Part shown: positions 40,568 through 53,107 of the stretch, one piece after another
Layout of the letters: each line of letters begins with the position of its first letter
Numbering within the stretch: position 1 is the first letter of the stretch
NCBI RefSeq assembly: GCF_006345805.1
Contig: NC_042998.1
Coordinates: forward strand, 167,028,001 to 167,092,000
Length of the DNA: 64,000 nt
Direction: 5' to 3'
Source of the DNA: Octopus sinensis
Taxonomy: Eukaryota
Program-made: the position numbers and the translations under genes
The notes under the pieces: model-generated
The model's database searches: none
Told to the model about the DNA's origin: nothing
What the model saw: only the letters and a program-made list of their open reading frames with translations

Positions 40568-41253
40568 GGTATGTAATATTTGCGTGTGTGTGTTTGTGTA
40601 CATGCATATATAAATTTTCTGTAGTAGTAGTAGTAGTATTAGTAGTAGTAGTAGAAACAGCAGCAGAGGCTGTATCAGCAGCAGCAACAGTAGCAGCAGC
40701 AGCAGTAGCAGCAGCAGCAGGACAATGAAAGAAAGGCTGTTAGAAAAGTGTCTTAGGTAATGTGGTTGGCTGGTTGGCTGGTTCGCTGGCTGGTCTGCTA
40801 ACTTGTTGGTTGGGTGGTTGGCTCACTGGCTGGCAGTTTTGACGGTGGGGTTATCACGGTGGTGGTGAGTGATATCAGAGTATATACGGTATATATAGTT
40901 GATGTTTGTGATAGTAAGTAATAACAGTAATAAGCAGTGGTGTCAATAACCTTCTTTTTTCGTAGATTTTTAAAGCGGAGCTATTTATGACAGAGTGCTT
41001 GGGCTACAAGTACAAGGAAATGGAAGCAGTGTTCCTGCTGGTGGATGAGAAAGAACTCTATACTTTCTAGGGTAGTCTGTCCTGTTCTGTCGTCTGTGCC
41101 TGCTTGCATCTATAACTGCTATGTGGCAGTAAATAATTATGCATATATACTCACACACACAAGCACACAAGCACACAAACACAAATATGTGTATGTATAT
41201 ATATCCTTTAAACCTGCCTAAATGTATAAATGCCAATACAATTCTTGTTAACT

Positions 41254-41304
41254 AGCTTCCTGAAGATTTCTCTTGAATGAAACAGTTCTAGTCCTGTAGA
41301 AGCT
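41254..41304 (+). ncRNA. Type I hammerhead ribozyme
   Basis: agcuuc CUGAAGA uuuc-ucuu-gaau GAAA cag-uucuaguc-cug UA gaagcu: 6-bp stem I, GUA cleavage triplet (predicted cut after 41298). Confidence 0.8.
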
Positions 41305-41390
41305 CCTTCTATATAATAAATTAATTTTACTCTGCTATGTATTGAGTACCTTATTTACTGTGGTTAACCCCGAATCAACCCGGGACCTAC
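41254..41390 (+). mobile_element. 137-bp HHR-headed non-autonomous element ending at (AT)n
   Basis: Reverse-complement copy at 45168-45304 differs at only three positions. Confidence 0.8.
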
Positions 41391-42080
41391 ATATATATAT
41401 ATATATATATATTCAAAAAGCAATAAAGATTCAAGTTAATTTAAATGAATTTACTTGAATATGGTACCTAACTTAGATGCACCAAAAAAAACTATACTGT
41501 TTTAACAATACAGTAATGTGGGGTGATTATAACCGAGAAAGAAGCAACAAGAATGGATAGGTTTTTAGTACAATCGTTTCATACAAGGACAGGCTTTATT
41601 AAAAGTTGCAAAAATTACAGCATATAAACGTGTCCCGTACACATCAGCTAAAATACATGTGAGTTCTCTAGACATCCTAGTGGTTGAGGCTATACTCATG
41701 AAGTAATGAAGATAATTAAGTAACATAAACATAAACAGATATCCAAAGTTCATTAAAGTTCTTTAAAGATGATGTACAGTCTTATCACAGAATTTTAAAA
41801 AAGTTTTAATAGCAACCCAGAGAAGGTGACCTAATCCATAGTGCACATATGAATTTCCAGAGATATGATGAGGGATTACATACTCACAGAAGACAAATTT
41901 ATCCATTGTTAATCACAACGAGGTGGGTCTCAATTCCTGCTTATTAGCATTACAGAGAGGGTGAATTAATCCTTTGTATAGATGCACAATTTCCAATGGT
42001 GTAGATGTAAATTTCCAGAGAAATGAAGAGGAATTTCATATTCACAGGCGATAAATTTATCAATGGTTGAACACACACAC

Positions 42081-42168
<88 letters not shown>

Positions 42169-42236
42169 TATGTGTGTGTGTGAGGGATGTGCGTGTGTGT
42201 GAGAGGGATGTGCGCGTGTGTATATGAGATGCACCA

Positions 42237-42280
<44 letters not shown>

Positions 42281-42293
42281 TCACATACATACA

Positions 42294-42327
<34 letters not shown>

Positions 42328-42328
<1 letters not shown>

Positions 42329-42668
42329 GGGTCATCCCGTAAATAATGCGGCCTTTTAATACTTCTTTTAATTTTTCAAAATTAAGATAAACAAAATTCT
42401 TTTCTAATCTAAAATATATTCTCTTTCATTTTCTACAATACTCTTCCATCTACCTGATAGACTTGCAAGGCCCCTCTTCAAAATTCACTTGCCCGTGATG
42501 AAAAATACTCCGCCAGTACTATTCTGACCTAGTCTACAGCATTCATATTCTTTCCATCCAAATTATTTTGAAGACTGCGGAATAAATGATAATCAGATGG
42601 GGCAATGTCCGGCAAATATGGTGGGTGGGGCATCGTTTCCCATTCAAACTGCTCCAGCCTTTGGAATG
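42328..42668 (-). mobile_element. Mariner 3' fragment
   Basis: WETMPHPPYLPDIAPSDYHLFRSLQN. Confidence 0.85.
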
Positions 42669-42702
<34 letters not shown>

Positions 42703-43859
42703 GAGTATGTACTTTCTGAAGAAGCGCTTTGTTCGAAACGTAAAGCACATTATCTTTCCTCTCCTGAGCGTCTTATTCATACTTTGCATGTACCACGTCC
42801 ACACGTTATTGTTTTTTCCTTGTCGTTTTTGTCCGTTTTTTTTATTAACTATTTATGTATATACACACACATATATATGTATGTACGTATGCATGTGTTT
42901 ATATGTATATGTATATATGAATATATACATATGTATACATGTATGTATATGCATATATATGTGTATATACATGTATATATATATATATATGTATATATAT
43001 GAATATATATATATATACACATGTATATATGTATATATATATATATATGTATATGTGTATATATGCGTATATATATATCAATATACATATATATTTGTGT
43101 GTGTGTGTGCGTGTGTGTGTGTATGTATATATGTATACACACACATATATATATATATATTTATGCATGTTTAGGTGCATGCAGTTATATATATGTATCT
43201 ATGCTTATATATATTGTTTAAGTATGTTTATGTGTATGTATATATGTATATACATATGTGTATGTGTGTGTACATATATATGCACACACACATATATACA
43301 CGAGGGAATGAACAAATATATGTATGCACACATATGTACATACACATTCTTTCCTTTTCTCTCTCTCTCTCAAGACACACGTACACATACACACACAAAC
43401 GCACATTATTTGTTTATTCACGTGTGTACATATGTCGTTTTGTAAATGTGGGCGTGTATATTGCGAGGAAGAGTCTGCACCAGTGTGTCTCCTAAGGCCT
43501 ATAGATCATTAGGCTCGTTGAATCGTCAGCGATGCCGCCACTGTCATCATTACCTTCAGCAGCAGCACCACCACCACCACCAGCATCAGCATTGTCGTCA
43601 TCCTCATCGTCGTCTTCGAGTTCGTCGTCGTCGTCGAGGTTATCGTCGTAGTTGTAGTTCTTGTCTTCGTCTTCTCCATCATTACTGTCTACATCATACA
43701 TGGAGTAAATCTGCATTGAATAAACCAGTCACATGCCAGCTCCTGTTGATTTTGTTATTTACGGAAGAGTTGGAATAAAGTAGAGAAAACTACCAAGACA
43801 ATTGTCAATGACTTGCAGTTTCTCTTATAATTCTTCCAACTATTGCCAGTTCCTTGATT

Positions 43860-44020
43860 TCTTCGACCCAAGTGCTCAATTGGTACTTATTTTATCATTC
43901 TCCGAAAGGATAAAAGGCAAAGTCGACTTCGACAGAATTTGAACTCAGAGCGTTAAGATGCAAGAAATGCCACTAAGCATTTTTCACAGGCGTGCTAACG
44001 ATTCTGCTAATTCGCCAACT
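43860..44020 (-). mobile_element. SINE family A, diverged
   Basis: aaaaggcaaagtcgacttcgacagaatttgaactc body. Confidence 0.75.
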
Positions 44021-45253
44021 ATGGGGATTTTCGATTGGATCGCTGATCAGTTACTTTTCTGACTATGCACAGAGTATTCATAGGGAGTTGGAAAATTTCG
44101 ATTTATTGAAATGATTCATACAATTGATTGTCAAAATAAATCTCTCTTCCGTAGTGTGTAAAATCTAAAATTTGAAAAAAAATGTGCAAGGGAGATAACT
44201 CGAAGACGATCAGTTAATTGAAATCTGTAGTCAATATAAGCAATGCAGATTGGTAAAAGCGACATTGTCCGAACTCTGTGAAGTATATCGTAGTCAGTTG
44301 CTTACGCAGAGTAAATAATATACCGTGGGGTTCTGATATTTGAGCGGTTCTTTAAACGAACAGATTGAATAACAAGTGGTTTCTCTGAAAAAAATTAAAC
44401 TCACAAAACAAGCTGAAATTCGATCAACAAAGCGGGAGCTGACTACGCACGCAAGTAACTGGGGGCCCATTCGTGGAAAGATTTCAAATTTAACCACAAA
44501 CCACAAGTAGAATACCAAGTTTAAGTCAGATCATCGAGTTTTTTTCCCTTTTTAAACTTTGCTTTTGTTTTGTTTTGTTTTTTGTGCCTTTTTTACAGGA
44601 GCACTATATCGTTAAATAGCTTATTCCATATGGCAGCTAAATGATAGAACCATAATGCCGAACAAAATGCTTGGTGGTTTTTATTACGGTATGTCTTTTT
44701 GGTTTTTGAGCTCAAATACTGCTCAGGTTCAAATTGCCTTTCATTATTCCGAGGTAAACAAAATAAGTATCATTCGGTAAAATAAACCCAGTGTTAGTAA
44801 TTAATGTTACCTAGCAGTGATGGCGAAATTTTCACATACAAGGCAGATTTGTGACGGATTTGTTTTTAAAAATGACATCTTTCTGCAATATTTATATCTT
44901 CTTTTATTTGCGTCAATCATTTGACTGCTTCTATGCTGGAGCACTGCATTGGAGGGTTTAGTTGAACACATCTACCCCAGTACTCTTCTCTTTCTTAAAA
45001 GCTTAGTACTTATTCAATCGACCTCTCAGGTTGAACCGGTAAGAACGTGGACGTAAACAAAACAGCACGGGTTGTCAAGCGGTAATGGGGGAGAAACACA
45101 GATACAAAGACACACATACACACGCATACATATGTGTATATATATAATATATAATATATATATATATGTAGGTCCCGGGTTGATCCGGGGTTAACCACAG
45201 TAAGTAAGGTACTCAATACATAGCAGAGTAAAATTAATTTATTATATAGAAGG

Positions 45254-45304
45254 AGCTTCTACAGGACTAGTACTGTTTCATTCAAGAGAAATCTTCAGGA
45301 AGCT
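45254..45304 (-). ncRNA. Type I hammerhead ribozyme (same family as 41254)
   Basis: Minus strand: agcuuc CUGAAGA uuucucuugaau GAAA cag-uacuaguc-cug UA gaagcu; loop III contains the ACUAGU palindrome. Confidence 0.8.
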
Positions 45305-45350
45305 CCTGAAGATTTCTCTTGAATGAAACAGTACTAGTCCTGTAGAAGCT
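45301..45350 (+). ncRNA. Type I hammerhead ribozyme, fold-back partner
   Basis: agcuc CUGAAGA ... GAAA caguacuaguccug UA gaagcu; stem I lacks one U (1-nt bulge). Confidence 0.68.
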
Positions 45351-45779
45351 CCTTCTATATAATAAATATATATATATATATATATATATGACAGGTTTCT
45401 TTCGGTTTCCTCCTATCAAATCTACTCAGAAGGCTTTAATCGGCCCGAGGCTATTGTAGAAGATACTTGCCCAAGATTCTGGGTTGTGGGACTGAATCAG
45501 AAACCATGAAGTCGAGAAGCACATTCGCCTATAAAAAAGTTCCTCAATAACCATTTAACTAGAACTAAAATACATGTATACATGTAACTGATATTCCAAA
45601 AATAAGATTATTTTTATTTAAAACGTTGAAGTTTGGAATTGAAGGATAAACAAAAGAAGAAAAAAAACAGTTCGCATCACTAGATTATAGTCTACAGGTA
45701 GTAACCTATTCTACCTTACATATCAGCCAATTTCGTACCGCCATAATACTAGAAACCAGTGTCCAATATATCAACCTTT

Positions 45780-46040
45780 CTCGCTGACGAAGTTACATAC
45801 ACTACCGTCAGAAATTAATTAGCACCCTTGATTTGCTCTTCACTCAAGGTATGTGCTGTCACCTAGTGGCCATATCTCGAACTATTGCTTTGTTGCGAGT
45901 TCACTGTTGCGCAGAACGATGACGTAACTTTGTTTGCAGAGCAGTTTGAGAGTCTACAGCCTTATGATGTTGACATAGCAGTGCAACAAATTGGAGTGCG
46001 GATGCAGACAAATCTTCCTTTGTTTAATAGATATAGGTAG
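45780..46040 (+). mobile_element. Ancient LINE RT relic
   Basis: TQGMCCHL (QG..LSP-like) and NDDVTLFAEQFESLQ..QIGVRM (YADD region-like). Confidence 0.4.
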
Positions 46041-47209
46041 CGCCTCGCAAGGACCGAAATCACACCATACTAAGTTTTCTCATCGCGTAAGACGTTTTGA
46101 ACAGCTCATAGGTTAATTGATTTAACCTATTTAATGTAGAAATTTGAGAAGTGCTAATTAATTTCTGACGCAAGTGTAAGTGATCGATATTTTCTTGATT
46201 GCTCCACACACACACGAACACACACACACACCACACACACACACACACACATACACACACGCGCGCGCATTCACTCATAAAAACACATACAAACACATAA
46301 CACGCAGAAACACAAACAATATACACACGTACCCAACACGCAAAAACTCATAGAACTTTCGCACATAAATATACACAATACACACGCACACTACATACAC
46401 AATACACACACACACACATTTTATGCATTAATAAACACGAACACATGCGCGCACCCTACTCGATCACGCACACATAAACTGCTACACACAAGCATTTGCA
46501 CACACATGTACGCACGCGCGCGCGTACTGTACATAGCCTTACACAGATATACACACGTCCATGCACACATACATAAAAACACAGAACACGTATCACTCCA
46601 CACAACGCACGCACTGGTTTACTTATACACAGTCTCACACATGCATAAATACACGGAGCAGATATCACTCTACACAACGCGCACACTGGCCTGCTAATAC
46701 ACATACACTTCAATACTCACAGCCTCACATAATGTTAAGCTTGCCGAAACATACAATCACACGCACACTATTCGTATTTACACACATGCACTTGCTTATC
46801 CTAGTTCAGCTGGCTTAACGTTATTATCTCCCCTTCACTCAGCCTCTTTCTTCCGGTCTTTTCATCATGTTAAACCGTTAATCCCTAAATATTCTTTTTC
46901 TCCATTTATTTCCATTTTTTTCCTCTCTCCCCTTTCTGTCAAAGAACGTCGGCTCGAAACCCCAAAGACTTTTCCATTCTTCCCGAGCGTCAAACTAACA
47001 CCCTTGCATATTGTTCCCACACCTGCCTTCCTCTTTTGTTTTCTGTCAATTTGAACTACATGTAGGATGCAGCGAAATGATCTGACATATTTGTATGTTT
47101 AATAAAAACGAAAAGTGTACTTTTATTTTCGAATGTACATATAATGCCATTTTGTTTCATTTGCTTTTAAAAATTTAATCAGTCAAGTGGGTGCCTATAT
47201 ATATATATA

Positions 47210-47256
<47 letters not shown>

Positions 47257-47449
47257 GAACTTTACAAAAAAAAACCCAAAAGACGAGACTGGTGTATAAC
47301 AACAAACAGGTGTATTAGTTTGACGCTCGGGAAAGTGAGAAAATCTTTAACGTTTCGAGCCTTACACTCTTCAAAAGAGAGGAACACGAAGAAATAAACA
47401 GAGAGAGAATAAATAACCTGTGGATTTACCGATCAATCATTATATATAT

Positions 47450-47790
47450 GTATATGAGACCCCCTTCGGTCACGACACAGACCATGGGATTGCACCTAGA
47501 AAGTTACCCTCCCAGGCAGAGGTCCGGGCAAAGTTGTTTATGGAAGACCAGCAGTCGCTCATGCATACCGGCCTCCCGTCTTCACGCCACCAGTGTTATC
47601 CAAGGGAAAGGCAACAGCAGATACAGCTTGGCACCTGTGACGTAGCAAATCATTTGTACAGCTGAGTGAACTGGAGCAACGTGAAATAAAGTGTCTTGCT
47701 CAAGAACACAACACGCAGCCCGGTCCGGGATTCGAGCTCACAACCTCATGATCGTAAGCTCGACGCTCTAACCACTGAGCCATGCGCCCA
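47450..47790 (-). mobile_element. tRNA-derived SINE
   Basis: Reverse complement of ggcgcatggctcagtggttagagcgtc...tcgaatcccggaccgggc head. Confidence 0.8.
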
Positions 47791-48051
47791 GACACAAGTC
47801 CGAGGAAGGTAATTTTATGAAAGACCAGCAATTGCTCATGCATCCCAGCCTCCCCTCTCCGCTCTACCGATGTTACTCAAGGGAAAGGCAAGACGTCGCA
47901 ACTTATTTCTACAGCCGAGTGAACTGGAGCAACTTAAAATAAAGTGTCTTGCCCAATATGTATGTATCCACGTAGGTATGTATGATGTATGTAGCCGTGT
48001 GTGTATGAATGTACGTATGTATATATGTATGTATATTAATTTATGTGCATA

Positions 48052-48110
<59 letters not shown>

Positions 48111-48265
48111 TATGCACGATTTAAATCGTGTAGTAAGAAATTCAATAGCAAGGTTCGAGATACATTTAAAAAAATGGCTTCAGTATTCGTTTATCACGGT
48201 ATTTGTACTCTGTGCATATGGTTTTTACATGTTGTCGGGAGCTTTTACATGCTAGTAATAACACC

Positions 48266-48309
<44 letters not shown>

Positions 48310-48310
48310 T

Positions 48311-48538
48311 ATTTCTTTACTTACCCACAAGGGGCTAAAACAGAGGGGACAAACAAGGACAGACATAGGTATAGAGTCGATTACATCGACCCAGTGCGTA
48401 ACTGGTACTTTATTTATCGACCCCGAAAGGATGAAAGGCAAAGTCGACCTCGGCGGAATTTGAACTCAGAACGTAGCGGCAAACGAAATACCGCTAAGAT
48501 TCGCCCGGCGCGGCTAACGTTTCTGCCAGCTCGCCGCC
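48311..48538 (-). mobile_element. SINE family A, full length
   Basis: Consensus-like reverse copy. Confidence 0.9.
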
Positions 48539-48539
48539 T

Positions 48540-48812
<273 letters not shown>

Positions 48813-48911
48813 ACTTAATAAGGAAACTTAACAAGAAATTGTCAGGTAGATAGCGTAAAAACCTCAGAAGAGAAAAAATTTCGAAAATAATTATTTCTTA
48901 TTGAACATATT

Positions 48912-49250
48912 AATTTATATATAGAGGGCATAATTATACATACATGCCAGGAGGCATTATATATACCTGCCAACGCTAAGAGGGACAATCAGTCATTTCT
49001 ACCAAAAATATTACTTATCCCACCGAATGCAATTTTTCAAAGTAAGACATTTAAAAATATAGGCCTGTATCACAGTGATTTCATACTTACGTAATCATCA
49101 GCAGGCCTGAATGTATTTAAATGTCTTACTTTGAAAAATTGCATTCGGTGGGATAGTAATATTTTTGGTAGAATGACTGAGATGTCCCTCTTAGCGTTTG
49201 GCAGGTATATATAATGCCTCCTGGCATGTATGTATAATTATGCCCTCTAT

Positions 49251-49258
<8 letters not shown>
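48912..49258. repeat. ~150-bp-arm inverted repeat (fold-back) with an HHR at the apex
   Basis: Arms 48912-49067 and 49102-49258 are reverse complements with a few indels. Confidence 0.92.
49061..49108 (-). ncRNA. Type I hammerhead ribozyme
   Basis: Minus strand: aggccug CUGAUGA u-uac-guaa-gua-u GAAA ucac-u-guga UA caggccu: 7-bp stem I, AUA triplet. Confidence 0.85.
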
Positions 49259-49308
<50 letters not shown>

Positions 49309-50052
49309 TATATATATATATATTTATATAAAAGGGCTTAGTAAAATAATTACTTTGCCGCATACTGAACTCATTAGAATAGCAGCTAAAAAACTTTTTT
49401 AAAGCTATTTCTAATACTTAAAGAAAATCTCTCTCATATATAGTGTTTGCTAATTCAACTCACAAAAGTTTGGGGGTAAGGACATCGAAAAATCAAATGC
49501 TAAGGTTATTTGAGAACGTACGTTTCAAGATTAGTCAAAACAACACTTCTATCATCACTCAGAAATTCCTTGGTTTGGATTTGGAAACACTGAAAATAAG
49601 AACATACCCGTTCGAAGATCTGCTCGTAACTAACAGTGCCAACAAATTCAAATAAGCACGAGAAGAATCTTGTTCTCCCCTTTCCACCAGCGTGGGTTAA
49701 AATCATCAACACTATATGCTTATTCGGTAAAATCCGAAGCATTAATCAGAGGGAGATTAATTATAATTTCAACAATTGAGGGCCAAAATTAATTAATTAT
49801 TAATCAATTCACCCAGTGTTCAGTATGCAAAGGGACCATTCAAGGCGAATTTCAAATATATTACTTATATATAAAAGGGCTTAGTAAAATAAATTACTTT
49901 GCCGCATACTGAACTCATTAGAAATAGCAGCTAAAAAACTTTTTTAAAGCTATTTCTAATACTTAAGAAAATCTCTCTCATATATGTTTGCTTAATTCAA
50001 CTCACACAAAGTTTGGGGGTAAGGACATCGAAAAATCAAATGCTAAGTTATT

Positions 50053-50104
50053 TGAGAACGTACGTTTCAAGATTAGTCAAAACAACACTTCTATCATCAG
50101 CTCA
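50053..50104 (-). ncRNA. Type I hammerhead ribozyme in array unit 2 (intact core)
   Basis: ugag CUGAUGA u-agaagu-guuguuuug-acuaaucu-u GAAA cguacg UU cuca; stem III is the ACGUACGU palindrome. Confidence 0.7.
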
Positions 50105-51135
50105 GAAATTCCTTGGTTTGGATTGGAAACACTGAAAATAAGACATACCCTTTCGAAGATCTGCTCGTAACTAACAGTGCCAACAAATTCAAATAAGCAA
50201 GCGAAGAATCTCTGTTTCTTCCCTTCCACCAGTCGTGGGTTAAAATCATCAAACACTATGCTTATTTCGGTAAAATCCGAAGCATAATCAGAGGGAGATT
50301 ATTAATAATTTCAACAATTGAGGGCAAAATTAATTAATTATTAATCAATTTCACCAAGTGTTCAGTATGCAAAGGGACCATTCAAGGCGAATTCAAATTA
50401 TTACATTATATAAAAGGGCTTAGTAAAATAAATTAATTTGCCGCATACTGAACTCATTAGAAATAGCAGCTAAAAAATTTTTTTAAAGCTATTTCTAATA
50501 CTGAAAGAAAATCTCTCTCATATATAGTGTTTGCTTAATTCAACTCACAAAAGTTTGGGGGTAAGGACATCGCGAAAAATCAAATGCTAAGTGTTATTTG
50601 AGAACGTACGTTCAAGATTAGTCAAAACAACACTTCTTATCATCAGCTCAGAAATTCCTTGGTGGATTTGGAAACACTGAAAATAAGAACATACCCTTTC
50701 GAAGATCTGCTCGTAACTACAGGCCAACAAATTCAAATAAGCAAGCGAAGAATCTCTGTTCTCCCCTTTCCACCAGCGTGGGTTAAAATCATCAAACACT
50801 ATGCTTATTTCGGTAAAATCCGAAGCATTAATCAGAGGGAGATTAATTATAATTTCAACAATGAGGGCAAAATAATTAATTATTAATCAATTCACCAAGT
50901 GTTCAGTATGCAAAGGGACCATTCAAGGCGAATTCAAATTATTACATATATAAAAGGGCTCTTAGTAAAATAAATTACTTTGCCGCATACTGAACTCATT
51001 AGAAATAGCAGCTAAAAAACTTTTTTAAAGCTATTCTAATACTTAAAGAAAATCTCTCTCATATATAGTGTTTGCTTAATTCAACTCACAAAAGTTTGGG
51101 GGTAAGGACATCGAAAAATCAATGCTAAGGTTATT

Positions 51136-51187
51136 TGAGAACGTACGTTTCAAGATTAGTCAAAACAACACTTCTATCATCAGCTCA
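51136..51187 (-). ncRNA. Type I hammerhead ribozyme in array unit 4 (intact core)
   Basis: Same sequence as 50053-50104; copies at 49511, 50599 and 51695(+) each have a 1-nt core deletion. Confidence 0.7.
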
Positions 51188-52253
51188 GAAATTCCTTGGT
51201 TTGGATTTGGAAACACTGAAAATAAGAACATACCCTTTCGAAGATCTGCTCGTAACTAACAGTGCCAACAAATTCAAATAAGCAAGCGAAGAATCTCTGT
51301 TCTCCCCTTTCCACCAGCGTGGGTAAAATCATAAACACTATGCTTATTTGGTAAAATCCGAAGCATCAATCAGAGGGAGATTAATTATAATTTCAACAAT
51401 TGAGGGCAAAATTAATTAATTATTAATCAATTTCACAAGTGTTCAGTATGCAAAGGGACCATTCAAGGCGAATTCAAATTATTACATTATATAAAAGGGC
51501 GTAAGTAAAATAAATACTTTGCCGCATACTGAACTCATTAGAATAGCAGCTAAAAAACTTTTTAAAAAGCTTTCTAATACTTAAAGAAAATCTCTCGCTT
51601 GCTTATTGAATTTGTTGCACTGTTAGTTACGAGCAGATTTCGAAAGGGTATTGTTCTTATTTTCAGTGTTTCCAAATCCAAACCAAGGAATTTCTGAGCT
51701 GATGATAGAAGTGTTGTTTTGACTAATCTTGAACGTACGTTCTCAAATAACCTTAGCATTTGATTTTTCGATGTCCTTACCCCCAAACTTTGTGGTTGTT
51801 GAATTAAGCAAACACTATATATGAGAGAGATTTTCTTGAAGTATTAGAAATAGCTTTAAAAAAGTTTTTTAGCTGCTATTTCTAATGAGTTCAGTATGCG
51901 GCAAAGTAATTATTTTACTAAGCCCTTTTATATAATGTAATAATTTGAATTCGCCTTGAATGGTCCCTTTGCAACTGAACACTTGGTGAAATTGATAATA
52001 ATTAATTAATTTTGCCCTCAATTGTTGAAATTGATATATATATATATATATATATAATAGTATATATATTATTATATACTATATATATATATATTATATA
52101 TATATATTATCTATATATATATATATATATATATATATTATGCACGCCCTCTTTTCGTTTGCCTGAACTGTTTTTATGTGTATTGAAATTTATTTTGATT
52201 GAGTCTTAAGGCTTATACTTTTCATTTAATATACACACAATACATGTTTTATC

Positions 52254-52307
<54 letters not shown>

Positions 52308-53107
52308 TGCTTGTGTACGTGTGTGTGTGTATAACTAGAGAAAAGTATTAAACGGGTGTATGTATAGAAAGTATGTAAATAGTATTGTCTTATAAGGTCA
52401 TCTCGCTTATGTGTCACGCTTATCTCTGTGTCTTTCTCTCTTCCTCACCCTCTCTCTCTTTCTTTCACTCACACACATACACTCACTCATACACAGACTA
52501 CCCACACTTCACCACGCTCATTCTATCAACACATCTCCTCCTTCGTTTCTCAGCTTCTTTCTCTTTATCGCTTTCTACTTAATTCTTGTTTTCTATTTGC
52601 TTATTATTTTAACTCTATTTTTAACCCTATTTATTTTAACTCCCTTTCAAACGTACACACATACGTATCCTTGCACACATATATACACACACACACACAC
52701 CCACACATGCACATACACACGCACACACACGTACACACAGTCACGCGCGCACACACACGCGCGCGCACATACACACATACACATATATACATACACATAC
52801 AATTACTTACACATCCAATGAAAAGTGCAGCGGAAACTTAAAGTGCAAAAGAAACATGAAGTCATTACACTTTTCTTCTGCTCCTGTTTGCAAAGTGTGT
52901 TGCTTCTACTGTTTGTAGATTAAACAAATGGGTCTCCAACGGTTACAACGATGATTAATCCAGCTGTTGAATAAACTGAACTATTTACACACTGAATTAA
53001 AATCTAAGTGGCTGAATACTCCACAGACAATTTTTCTCTTAACAAACCTCAACCAGTATTAACCTGACAAAGCGAGGAAATAGGTTAGACCTTTGAATTA
53101 TATAAAT

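Larger units (their letters stand above)
44905..45530 (-). mobile_element. SINE family B split by an insertion into its internal TA microsatellite
   Basis: 3' half 44905-45120, 5' half 45390-45530, HHR fold-back element between them. Confidence 0.7.
49327..52032 (-). repeat. ~540-bp tandem array (4 full units + partial) plus ~435-bp inverted copy, one HHR motif per unit
   Basis: Unit start tataaaagggc at 49327, 49870, 50409, 50949 and 51490; orientation flips at ~51597; (TA)n on both sides. Confidence 0.92.

Noticed and set aside
39400-41130. Possible promoter or 5' UTR (E2F-like gcgcgaaa at 39933, CRE TGACGTCA at 40006, CAG/TAG repeats)
   Set aside because: Short motifs occur by chance (another TGACGTCA lies inside the mariner at 38561); no downstream coding exon was found.
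43446-43778. Poly-His/Gln or acidic ORFs on both strands
   Set aside because: Built from CAG/CAC/CGT/CAT trinucleotide runs; no recognisable domain or convincing splice sites.
45940-46036. Apparent 97-nt exon (ttgtttgcag acceptor, ag|gtagcg donor, open frame QFESLQPYDVDIAVQQIGVRM)
   Set aside because: The frame extends upstream as NDDVTLFAEQFESLQ, matching the YADD region of a decayed LINE RT; better explained as a TE relic.
48855-48900. HHR-like CAGAAGA-gaaa/tttc-GAAA-ataattat-TT
   Set aside because: Core position U4 is altered and no stem I can form; at best a dead relic.
49327-52032. CRISPR-like or protein-coding reading of the 540-bp array
   Set aside because: Units are whole-length repeats with no unique spacers; the short ORFs differ between units through indels and match no domain I recognise.
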